Of a stretch of 64,000 bases of DNA, positions 21,001 to 28,146 are shown piece by piece. The position numbers were made by a program, and so were the translations under genes. The stretch is from Gemmatimonas sp. (GTDB lineage: Bacteria; Gemmatimonadota; Gemmatimonadetes; Gemmatimonadales; Gemmatimonadaceae). The notes beneath the pieces are model-generated. The model had not been told where the DNA came from. It ran no database searches and saw only the letters and a list, made by a program, of their open reading frames with translations. The stretch spans positions 3,936,001 to 4,000,000 of the forward strand of contig OZ257156.1 of assembly GCA_965279375.1 (NCBI GenBank), given 5' to 3'. The stretch's first letter is position 1; every line of letters begins with the position of its first letter.

Positions 21001-23473
21001 CGCCGAGTGGCTGCTGTTCCACCAGCGCGCGCACCATGCGGCGCACGTACTTGCCGCTGCGCGTCTCGGGAAACTGTGGGACTTCGAGGAACTCTTCGGG
21101 CACCGCGACCGCACCCTTCTCCTGACGGACGAGTTCCGTCAGGCGACGGCGATCATCCATCGTGATGCGCCGCCCGGGAGCCGGCGTCACGAACGCGAGC
21201 GGCGTCAGTCCCTTCTCGCGGTGCGGTGCGCCAATGACGATGACGTTGCCAACAGGAGAGTCGGGGTTGATCTGCTTGTCACGCAGGATCGCGCCTTCGA
21301 TCTCCTCTGTCCCCATGCGATGCCCGGAGACGTTGATGACATCATCGCTCCGCCCGTGCAGCGAGAAGCTGCCATCGGCATGGCGAATGGCCACATCGCC
21401 CTGGGTGTAGGCGTACGTGCCGCGCCAACGTGTCCAGTACGTGGACGCGTAGCGCGCGAAGTCGCCGCGCCAGTTGCCCGGAACCGTCGTGCCGTCGACG
21501 ACGAACGCTGCGGCGTCTCCCCAGATGGTGCGCGCGAGATACGGATACGGCGCCGCGATGACGATGTCACCCCTTTCTCCATCGGCCGCGGAACGCCACG
21601 GCAATCGTCCGTCGGCATCCGGCTCACCGTCGGCGACCCACACGTCCCCTGCAATCCAGGGTAAGGGATACGTATGTGCGTCCGGGCGCAGCGGGAAATC
21701 TTCGCTCCCGTAGAAGTGCGTCCAGACAATGCCGCCGTGCTCCGTGGCCCAGTACGAATTGATGTACTGCGGCGTCATGAGTCCCATCCCGAATTCCTGA
21801 ACCGTTGGCGACACCGGTTCAGCGCAGAAGGTGGCCACGCGCAACGACGACAGATCGTACCGCCGCACGTCCTCTGCATTCTGCGGATCGGACATCACGG
21901 CCTTGAGGAACGTGACGCCCGCCTTGAAGATCGTCACGCCGTACCGTTCGATGATCGACGCGAATCGGCCAGCGCTCGGGAATACCGGCGCGCCTTCGGC
22001 CAGCACCGATGTCACGCGTGTCGTGAGTGCGGCGCTGAGCATGTAGCTCTGTCCCGTGATCCACCCCGGATCGGCCACCACGTACAGCACGTCGCCCGGA
22101 CGCGCGTCGAACGAGACACGCATCGTGTTGGCGATGCCTGCGACGAACCCGCCATGCACGTGCACGACGCCCTTGGGCTTGCCCGTGGAGCCCGAGGTGT
22201 AAATGAAGAACAGCGGGAACTCTGCGTCGACCGCAACCGGTGGCACCACCGTCCAAATGGCGCGCACACATGCAACGTCGTCCAAGGCACGGAGCGCATC
22301 GATCGACGACACCGCTTCGCCCGCCGCCTGCATGCCCGCGAGCAGTTCCGCATCGGCGTCGGCGAGCAGCTCATGCGCCCACACGTCGCGTTCTGCGCGC
22401 CATGGCACGTCCGCTTGCCCGGTGTGACGCACCACCACGACACGTTCCACACGACTCTGCACCGCCACGAGCGCACGGGCGACAGTGGTGCGCGCGCGAC
22501 TCGCCGTGGCAGCATCGAGCGAACCGGATTCGCTGAGAGCGGCCAAGGCGCGGCCGATGCCACGCATCACGTCGCTGCGTTCGACGGTGATCTCACCCTT
22601 GATGGCTCGCTCCGCCTCGTCGATCAGGCGTTCCGCCACTGCCGACGTCACATCCAACCCGGCAACGGCGTCCGCAACCGTTGCGAGCGCCTGCTCCACG
22701 GCGATGTAGCGATCGAGCGCAGGATCGGTGTACGCGGCCTTGAACGGGATGACCTGCGCGTTGCGGTAGCCACCGTCTGCGGTAATGACGACGCGCGCGC
22801 CTGCGTCGTACACGCGATCGGCGAGGGTCTTGTCGGAGAATCCGCCGAAGACCGGCGTGTAGACGATGCCAAGGCGCTTGGCCGCTTCCGTCCACGCCAC
22901 CTGCTCCGGAATATTGGGCAAGTTGAGCGCGATGCGGTCGCCGGTGCGCAGTCCGAGGCGTCGCAGCGCGACGGCACAGCGCGCCACGTCGACGAGCAGC
23001 GCCTTGCGACTGATCGGATACGCCGACACCGGACCGCCGCGTCCGCCATCGCGCGACTGATCCCACCGGTCACCCTCTACGAGGAACGCTGTCTCGTCGC
23101 CGTGCCCGGCAAGCACATGGCGATCGACCTCGTTGAAGCACGCGTTCGTTCGCGCGCCCGAGAACCAGCGGTAGAACGGGGCGTCATCGTCATCGAAGGC
23201 ACGCGCCCACGGTCGATACGAGGCTGGATGCACGCCGGCCCGCGCCGCGCCGGAGGTCGCATCAAATCCTGTCCACGCCGAATCGTCGAGCGTCAGCCAA
23301 GCGTTCGTGGAGACATCAAACCAGTGCAACTCACGTGCGGCAATGTCGCCGTGAAACGCGCCCGGATCCGCGACGGCGCGATCGCGCATCGCCAACCAGT
23401 CCTGGCGCGTACGCACGGGATTGACCAGCGGTTCTCGTGCTGCCGTCGGCGATGGGACGGACGTGTGGGTCAT
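18014..23473 (-). CDS. pcs: Trifunctional propionyl-CoA synthase (3-HP-CoA ligase / dehydratase / acryloyl-CoA reductase)
   Basis: About 1820 aa. AMP-ligase domain (YTSGSTGKPKG, YWATEHG, GRSDDVINVSGHR, PETRSGK) with the KGEITVERSDVMRG helical insert; crotonase domain (AGADI, GGGLE, QPEI.L..GYGGTQRL); MDR reductase domain (SEVNFNDIWAITG, EGAATGTG, GTHLCNA). Confidence 0.95.
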   Translation of the reverse strand: MTHTSVPSPTAAREPLVNPVRTRQDWLAMRDRAVADPGAFHGDIAARELHWFDVSTNAWLTLDDSAWTGFDATSGAARAGVHPASYRPWARAFDDDDAPFYRWFSGARTNACFNEVDRHVLAGHGDETAFLVEGDRWDQSRDGGRGGPVSAYPISRKALLVDVARCAVALRRLGLRTGDRIALNLPNIPEQVAWTEAAKRLGIVYTPVFGGFSDKTLADRVYDAGARVVITADGGYRNAQVIPFKAAYTDPALDRYIAVEQALATVADAVAGLDVTSAVAERLIDEAERAIKGEITVERSDVMRGIGRALAALSESGSLDAATASRARTTVARALVAVQSRVERVVVVRHTGQADVPWRAERDVWAHELLADADAELLAGMQAAGEAVSSIDALRALDDVACVRAIWTVVPPVAVDAEFPLFFIYTSGSTGKPKGVVHVHGGFVAGIANTMRVSFDARPGDVLYVVADPGWITGQSYMLSAALTTRVTSVLAEGAPVFPSAGRFASIIERYGVTIFKAGVTFLKAVMSDPQNAEDVRRYDLSSLRVATFCAEPVSPTVQEFGMGLMTPQYINSYWATEHGGIVWTHFYGSEDFPLRPDAHTYPLPWIAGDVWVADGEPDADGRLPWRSAADGERGDIVIAAPYPYLARTIWGDAAAFVVDGTTVPGNWRGDFARYASTYWTRWRGTYAYTQGDVAIRHADGSFSLHGRSDDVINVSGHRMGTEEIEGAILRDKQINPDSPVGNVIVIGAPHREKGLTPLAFVTPAPGRRITMDDRRRLTELVRQEKGAVAVPEEFLEVPQFPETRSGKYVRRMVRALVEQQPLGDVSTLRNPESIPALQKVIDAWRALQRIGEAQQILSFWRYFRVHYHTVHVGARIAVVTVTNAPVNALNERALDELCTVVEHLSRQDDVRAVIFTGSGTSSFVAGADIRQLLDEMHTLEDAMPLPNVAHLAFRMIERMPKPCISAINGVALGGGLEFALACHYRIAEPTAVFGQPEIRLNLLPGYGGTQRLTRLLADRDGNEGFIAAMEVILGGRQVAAEDALALGIVDALVSGSDDVVSRASALARAFVQDDHSELARHFRLVRERRAAWERPGHIDVESMLSLAPVQRLLMQAAGAGRRAAASRVLDAVRTGWSQGLDAGLAREARLFAEAVIDPDGGKRGIKAFFDRRSAPLATRRREPFDAARRAELMASGDLLPVGAPFFPGFTPIPRFQFGQGVARDAETGAPMHGEPRVAERELIVPVDEVGPNEALVYVLASEVNFNDIWAITGIPVSPFDNHDQDWQVTGSGGIGLVASLGSEAKSEGRLRVGDLVAIYSGQSELLSPFAARDPMSADFRIQGYESRTGSHQQFVAVQAPQLHPVPQDLTLESAGSYILNLGTIVRALFTTLKLESGRTMFVEGAATGTGLEALKSAARHGCEVTGMVSSEERADVVRQHGARGAINRRDASIRDCFTTVPDGAEAIANWEAQGEPLLDAFRAQHQGRLADYVVSHAGELAFPRSFQLLADGGALTFYGASSGYHFTFAGKAGAVAPSEMLRRAELRSGEAVLLFYGAGHGAGDLVDDAGLEAIEAASARGARCCVAARTDAQREFVQSLGFGDAVRGVLSIEELLRRSGGEFEWPDTMPSLPDVRRDSAAFREAVRAFQEKTIKPFGSAVGRILRSADNPRGAPDLIIERARHDALAVSTSLVQPFTGRVVYFESMRGHRYSFYAPQVWTRQRRILMPTARILGTHLCNAYEVTRMNEMVDAGLLEVTTPTVVPWSDLPEAHQAMWDNRHAGATYVVNHALPTLGLRSAVQLYEAWAAMGNVPEIQS

Positions 23474-23655
23474 GAACGATTCTCGTGTACACAAGGACCG
23501 CCACGACTATCACCCCGACAGTCAATTCTGTCAGACGTGAACGAACTCTCGATGTCGTAGCGCTATGAACACAGCCACGTGCAGGCGGAAACTCGTCACA
23601 CAAAACGTCGCAATTGCGTCACGCGCTGGACGCGTGTTCGCCACGCGTGGTGCCG

Positions 23656-23877
23656 TCAGCTGATTTCCTTCATCAACAGCGCACTCAACGCGTCGTCACT
23701 CATCGAATCCGCCCACTCGGGCGCGAGCAGTGCAATGACGCGCTCGGCACCTGAGTTGCACTCCACTGCGACGACTTCTCTTCCCAACGCCTGCGCCGCG
23801 GCGACATGCTCCACCGGAACCTCAGGAAGCTCGAGGCAAATCCACGTCACACCACGCGTATCACGAACCGTCCGCAT
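23656..23877 (-). CDS. Small hypothetical protein (73 aa)
   Basis: MRTVRDTRGVTWICLELPE...ECNSGAERV...APEWADSMSDDALSALL; protein-like composition; TACAAT -10-like hexamer upstream at 23942-23947. Confidence 0.65.
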   Translation of the reverse strand: MRTVRDTRGVTWICLELPEVPVEHVAAAQALGREVVAVECNSGAERVIALLAPEWADSMSDDALSALLMKEIS

Positions 23878-24109
23878 CGCATCATCCCCGAGAAAGAACG
23901 TCCCGCGCAACGGCATGCCGCGGGAGTGTGAGCACGAGCGGATTGTACGTTCGCCGCGGGCAGAACAGAAGGGTGCGCCCCGGTAACCGCGGCGCAGCGA
24001 GCGAGACCGTGACGTGAGCTTCGTTCGGCGAGTGCGCAACAGCCACGGTCGTGGACACCGTTCGGCGTGGTGCCGAGTCGCGTCAGATCCGATTTGAACA
24101 CAGTGCCTC

Positions 24110-24139
24110 TTCCGCATTTCACGGCATCCGTGCTACGTT
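24110..24139 (+). promoter_or_regulatory. Putative sigma70 promoter (extended -10) for the rtcB leader
   Basis: TTCCGC-N18-TACGTT with TG-C directly before the -10. Confidence 0.5.
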
Positions 24140-24200
24140 TTTTGAGCGGTGGCAACCACCGCTGCCGACAACGCTGCCCCCTTCCCCCGCACTACCCCTC

Positions 24201-24353
24201 GTGCACGCACACTCGCCCTCGACGCTCTTGTCCAGCCGCACGCCGAAAACCTCGGTGTGCCGCCGCATTGCGTCCGCGTCGATAGTGTCGGTGCTCCCGA
24301 CCAGAGGGCGGGGAGCGGGACGGAGTGTGCTTTTCGGGGGCGGACCGGACTAA
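24201..24353 (+). CDS. Putative 50-aa leader peptide of the rtcB attenuator
   Basis: GTG...TAA (VHAHSPST...SVLFGGGPD); last codons overlap the antiterminator arm; no SD sequence. Confidence 0.4.
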   Translation: MHAHSPSTLLSSRTPKTSVCRRIASASIVSVLPTRGRGAGRSVLFGGGPD

Positions 24354-24378
24354 CGGTTCCGACGCAGCGACAACGCGC

Positions 24379-24419
24379 GACGCCCCCAGCCCATACGGCT
24401 CGGGGCGTCTTCTTTTTTT
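24379..24419 (+). terminator. Intrinsic terminator in the rtcB 5' leader (attenuator)
   Basis: GACGCCCC-c-AGCC-catac-GGCT-c-GGGGCGTC followed by TTCTTTTTTT, 78 nt before the rtcB ATG. Confidence 0.88.
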
Positions 24420-24497
24420 GCTCCGGGAATCGGCTGGACCTACCTCGAGGGAACGTCCCCTCAAATCCATCCAGTACTCCATCGGAGCATTCTCACC

Positions 24498-25814
24498 ATG
24501 AAAATCAGCCGTCCTGGGTCCATGCAGGCGCGCGCGCGTGAGCTGTGTGCGCTCGCTGGCCTCGACCCCGATTCTCGCATCGAGCTCGACGGGCAACGCT
24601 CGATGCCCGCCTGGTGCCAATTCCGCGACGCGGCGGAGCAGGATCTTCTCGAAACCGCGCGAGAGTTGTCCGAACGCACGGAGCAACACGAAAACGCCCC
24701 GCTGCACGTCGTGGGCGACCATGAGCAAGGCACGCTCACACAGATGCGGAATTGCATGCGCGTCGGGAGTGTGATCGGCGCGGCGCTCTGTGCCGACGCG
24801 CACGTCGGCTATGCGCAACCCGTCGGCGGCGTGGTCGCGTATGACGGGCAGATCAGCATCAGCGGCGTCGGGTTTGACATCGCATGCGGCAATATGGCCG
24901 TGCGACTGGACGTGCGTCTTGCGGAGTTGCAGCACGATGCGCGCACGTTAGCGGACGACATTCAGCGCACGATCTCCTTCGGGGTCGGTCGCTCCAACGA
25001 CGAGCGCGTCGAGCACGAACTGTTCGACGACGATGCCGCGTGGGTGGCGGCAGACATGGTGACGTACCGACAGCGCGCTCGTGCACAACTCGGGACAGTC
25101 GGGAGCGGGAACCACTACGTCGATCTCTTCAGCGACGCCGAGGGCTACGTGTGGATCGGCGTGCACTTTGGCTCGCGCGGCTTGGGGCACACCAGCGCGA
25201 CGCGGTACCTGGAACTCGCGGGTGGGAAGGAAGGGATGAACGTCCCGCCGGCCGTCGTACGGGTGACCGGCGAGATCGGCACGCGTTACCTCGCCGCGAT
25301 GGAGTTGGCAGGGCGATACGCGTATGCCGGTCGCGAGTGGGTGGTCGAACGCGTTCGCCAGATCATCGGTGGCCAAGTCACGGACACCGTGCACAACCAC
25401 CACAACTACGCGTGGCTGGAGAACGGCGCGTGGGTGGTTCGCAAAGGGGCGACCCCGGCGTTCCCGGGCCAACGCGGTTTCGTGGGTGGGAGCATGGGCG
25501 ACAACGCGGTGATCATCGAGGGCGTGGACAGCGCGCAGTCGCAGGCATTGCTGCGCTCCACGGTGCACGGCGCCGGGCGTGTGATGGGTCGCAGGGCGGC
25601 GATGCGCCAGCTAACGCGCGAAGCAATGCACGAGTGGCTGGAATCGAAGCGTGTGACGCTGGCCGGCGGCGACCTGGACGAGAGCCCGATGGCGTATCGA
25701 CGACTGCCAGACGTGCTCGCACATCACACCGAGTCGATTCGCGTGCTGCACACGCTACAGCCGTTCGTGGTGGTGATGGCGGGGAGCGACACCTACGATC
25801 CGTTCAAGGATTGA
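24498..25814 (+). CDS. rtcB: RtcB family RNA ligase with N-terminal extension
   Basis: ADAHVGY..PVGG, GVGFDIACG, QLGTVGSGNHY, VHFGSRGLG, HNHHN, RKGATPA, GSMG, STVHGAGRVMGR, DESPMAY. Confidence 0.95.
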   Translation: MKISRPGSMQARARELCALAGLDPDSRIELDGQRSMPAWCQFRDAAEQDLLETARELSERTEQHENAPLHVVGDHEQGTLTQMRNCMRVGSVIGAALCADAHVGYAQPVGGVVAYDGQISISGVGFDIACGNMAVRLDVRLAELQHDARTLADDIQRTISFGVGRSNDERVEHELFDDDAAWVAADMVTYRQRARAQLGTVGSGNHYVDLFSDAEGYVWIGVHFGSRGLGHTSATRYLELAGGKEGMNVPPAVVRVTGEIGTRYLAAMELAGRYAYAGREWVVERVRQIIGGQVTDTVHNHHNYAWLENGAWVVRKGATPAFPGQRGFVGGSMGDNAVIIEGVDSAQSQALLRSTVHGAGRVMGRRAAMRQLTREAMHEWLESKRVTLAGGDLDESPMAYRRLPDVLAHHTESIRVLHTLQPFVVVMAGSDTYDPFKD

Positions 25815-25835
25815 CGGTGCCCGTGGTCCAAGTGA

Positions 25836-25919
25836 TACCCGGAGTGGGTCTCGAACCCACACGGCCTTGCGGCCAAGGAATTTTAAGTTCCTTGCGTCTG
25901 CCAGTTTCGCCATCCGGGT
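25836..25919 (-). tRNA. tRNA-Leu (anticodon TAA)
   Basis: ACCCGGA/TCCGGGT acceptor stem, D-loop GG, anticodon arm AAGGAacTTAAAaTTCCTT, long variable arm GGCCGCAAGGCC, GGTTCGA; CCA not encoded. Confidence 0.96.
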
Positions 25920-25940
25920 GCATCCTGCCCCAGAAACAAC

Positions 25941-25968
25941 CATCGGGAGCGATTGCGCGCTCCCGATG
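25941..25968 (-). terminator. Hairpin between tRNA-Gly and tRNA-Leu (terminator-like or processing stem)
   Basis: CATCGGGAGCG-N6-CGCTCCCGATG perfect 11-bp stem; GTTGTTT follows on the minus strand. Confidence 0.55.
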
Positions 25969-26016
25969 TGATCACTGAACTCTGAATTGTCTCATACTCA
26001 CCCTGCGTCCGACCAG

Positions 26017-26089
26017 AGCGGGAAACGGGACTCGAACCCGCGACCCCAACCTTGGCAAGGTTGTGCTCTACCAACTGAGCTATTCCCGC
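26017..26089 (-). tRNA. tRNA-Gly (anticodon GCC)
   Basis: GCGGGAATAGCTCAGTTGGTAGAGCACAACCTTGCCAAGGTTGGGGTCGCGGGTTCGAGTCCCGTTTCCCGCT; CCA not encoded. Confidence 0.98.
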
Positions 26090-26196
26090 GCAGGGCGGAA
26101 ACTATCCGCGGCGCCAAGCCACGACAAGCGGCCACTGCAGGGGAAATTTCGTCGTCGCGCGAGGGCCATCCCGGTGACGGTGCTCGCGCGATACGC

Positions 26197-27981
26197 TCAG
26201 GCGCGCAGTCCCAACGCGTGCGCCGCGTACCAGAGCGTGTGCGCCAGAAGGCCAGCGAGTGCTGCATCGCCACCGTTCCCGGTCGCTCGACCGGTCTCGT
26301 CGACAAACTCCGCCGCCACGCCATTGTCGAGCGGCGCGCGTCGCAGCCAGGCCAGCACCTCCGTGGCGTCGGGACCGAGCAGGCGCGCCACCTGTGGCAG
26401 CAACGCGCCTCCGTCATCTCCGATCGCGCGCACCGACCTGCGATAGAGGGAGTCCTCGCGCTCCAGCGCCTCGTACAGCGGCAACCAGAGAATCGATCCG
26501 ACCGCATCATCGTCAAGTGAGGAGCCCCCCACGAGATCGATCGCCGACGCGAGACGCGCCTTGCCGCCGCGATCCACGGCGAAATGGCGTCGTAGTGCCG
26601 CGCGCACCGCAGCGGGATCCTCAACGGCCGCCGCCGCCTCTTCGTCGAGCGTGCGTTTGAACACGTCGAGCGCGAGCGCAACCACGGCGTTCCCATGCAA
26701 TGTGAACGGCATCGGCGCAGGGGCGCCCGACGGCATCACTTCGGTGGAGTAGAGGGGAATGCGCTCGTCTCGGCGGGCCGCGATGTCATCCGACGCGAGA
26801 TACAACGTGTCAGCGACCACCGGTTCCTCGACGATCTGCTCGTCGTTGGAATCGCGGATGTAGCGATCGGTGGCGATGGCAAACGCGGCCGGCCCCTCGA
26901 TGTTGAATCCGGGTTGGAAGAGCGTGCCGTCGAGATAGTGCACCCCCTGCCCCGGCGCGTAGCCGTGCAGTTCGCACGCACGCACGAGCAACTCGCGCGC
27001 AAGTCCGGTGTCGGCCAACTGGACCGCTGGCAACGTCCACATGAGCGCTTCCCAGTCGCGCACCGTGCACCCCGCCGAGTGCCAAGGCGCCCGCGACCGC
27101 ACGAGGTAGTAGTGCGCGTCGTCGAGGGCGCGCCCCACGCCATAGAAATACGCGAAGAGCAGGTTGCGGTTGAGCAGGCGATCCATGCCATCGCTCCCCG
27201 TCGTCTGCTCCATGGTGGAGAGCGCTTCGCGCGTGGCGGTCAGCAGTGCGCGCCAGCCGCGGCGACGAAGCACCGCCACCGTGGCCTGAGCACCGTCTCG
27301 CTCCGGCCCCACGGCCAGATAGAACGCCACCTGCACGGAGCCATTGGCCGGTGCGATGACATCACGCCGAATCGCGAACTCACGAGGCGCGCGCGACGCC
27401 TCCGCCGGTGCCTCGAGCCGCGCGGGACCGTCGCTACCAATCGCGAGTGCAGCGAGTCCGGGAATCGCGGCGCCTTCCAGCAGCAGCACGTCATCCAGCC
27501 CAATGCTGACCTGGTGCTCGTCGTCGAACGGGCGCGCGGTACGCACCCGCTGCTGGCGATGGCCGAGCGTCCCTTCGAGTGCGATTTCCAGCGAGACATC
27601 GCGCCCGCTGCGGTTCTCGACCGCCAGCGTGTACACGGCGCCCGCCATGTCTGCATCGCGTCCGTACGGCGCGAAGACCGTCCCGCGGACCACCAGGTCG
27701 CCTACGGTGCACGTGAACGTAGGAAGCCACCCCACGGCCTGCTCCCACGCGATCCCTTCGGCGGCGAGCGTGGACACCACACCGTTCACCCGGAGTACCG
27801 GCACGCACAGCGGCGTTCCGACTGCCTGTTCGAACCCGGCCGCACCCGCGAACTCGATCGCCGCCCGGGCCCCGCGATGCAGAACCCCGACGCCGTGAAT
27901 GGCACCGTCAGCAGGGTTGATGCACGGAAGCGTGAGCCAATGATTGCCGGTGAGCTGCCAGGGAACGGACGGAATCTGCAC
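26197..27981 (-). CDS. Six-hairpin glycosidase-like protein (GH125-related), possibly degenerate
   Basis: NLLFAYFYGVGRALD...VRSRAP...EALMWTLPAVQLAD...ARELL...HYLDGTLFQPGF resembles metal-independent alpha-mannosidase-like proteins; start uncertain. Confidence 0.6.
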   Translation of the reverse strand: MQIPSVPWQLTGNHWLTLPCINPADGAIHGVGVLHRGARAAIEFAGAAGFEQAVGTPLCVPVLRVNGVVSTLAAEGIAWEQAVGWLPTFTCTVGDLVVRGTVFAPYGRDADMAGAVYTLAVENRSGRDVSLEIALEGTLGHRQQRVRTARPFDDEHQVSIGLDDVLLLEGAAIPGLAALAIGSDGPARLEAPAEASRAPREFAIRRDVIAPANGSVQVAFYLAVGPERDGAQATVAVLRRRGWRALLTATREALSTMEQTTGSDGMDRLLNRNLLFAYFYGVGRALDDAHYYLVRSRAPWHSAGCTVRDWEALMWTLPAVQLADTGLARELLVRACELHGYAPGQGVHYLDGTLFQPGFNIEGPAAFAIATDRYIRDSNDEQIVEEPVVADTLYLASDDIAARRDERIPLYSTEVMPSGAPAPMPFTLHGNAVVALALDVFKRTLDEEAAAAVEDPAAVRAALRRHFAVDRGGKARLASAIDLVGGSSLDDDAVGSILWLPLYEALEREDSLYRRSVRAIGDDGGALLPQVARLLGPDATEVLAWLRRAPLDNGVAAEFVDETGRATGNGGDAALAGLLAHTLWYAAHALGLRA

Positions 27982-28146
27982 GGTGAGGTCTACGAGGGAA
28001 CGTCGAGCGGTGAACGGGTACTGCGAGTCTGGCCGGTGACAACGGCACATCACCTCAGGTACCATGAGAGGGCAGCCTTCGTTGACGCCCACTCGCCACT
28101 CGGCTAATCTAGCCGGTTCGTCCTGCTCCGGCCCCTTTCCGCTCGC

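Noticed and set aside
21674..23560. Long plus-strand ORFs (also 32386-34359, 37613-39472, 52766-54880, 10666-12078, 3844-5163)
   Set aside because: Antisense shadows of well-supported minus-strand genes in high-GC DNA; no recognisable motifs
23584..23601. Possible Rex or CRP box upstream of pcs
   Set aside because: Only one half-site (TGTGA) matches; the other arm is too degenerate
24150..24165. Sigma54-like TGGCA...TGC upstream of rtcB
   Set aside because: GG-to-GC spacing is 11 nt rather than the required 10, it lies inside a hairpin, and no RtcR gene is nearby
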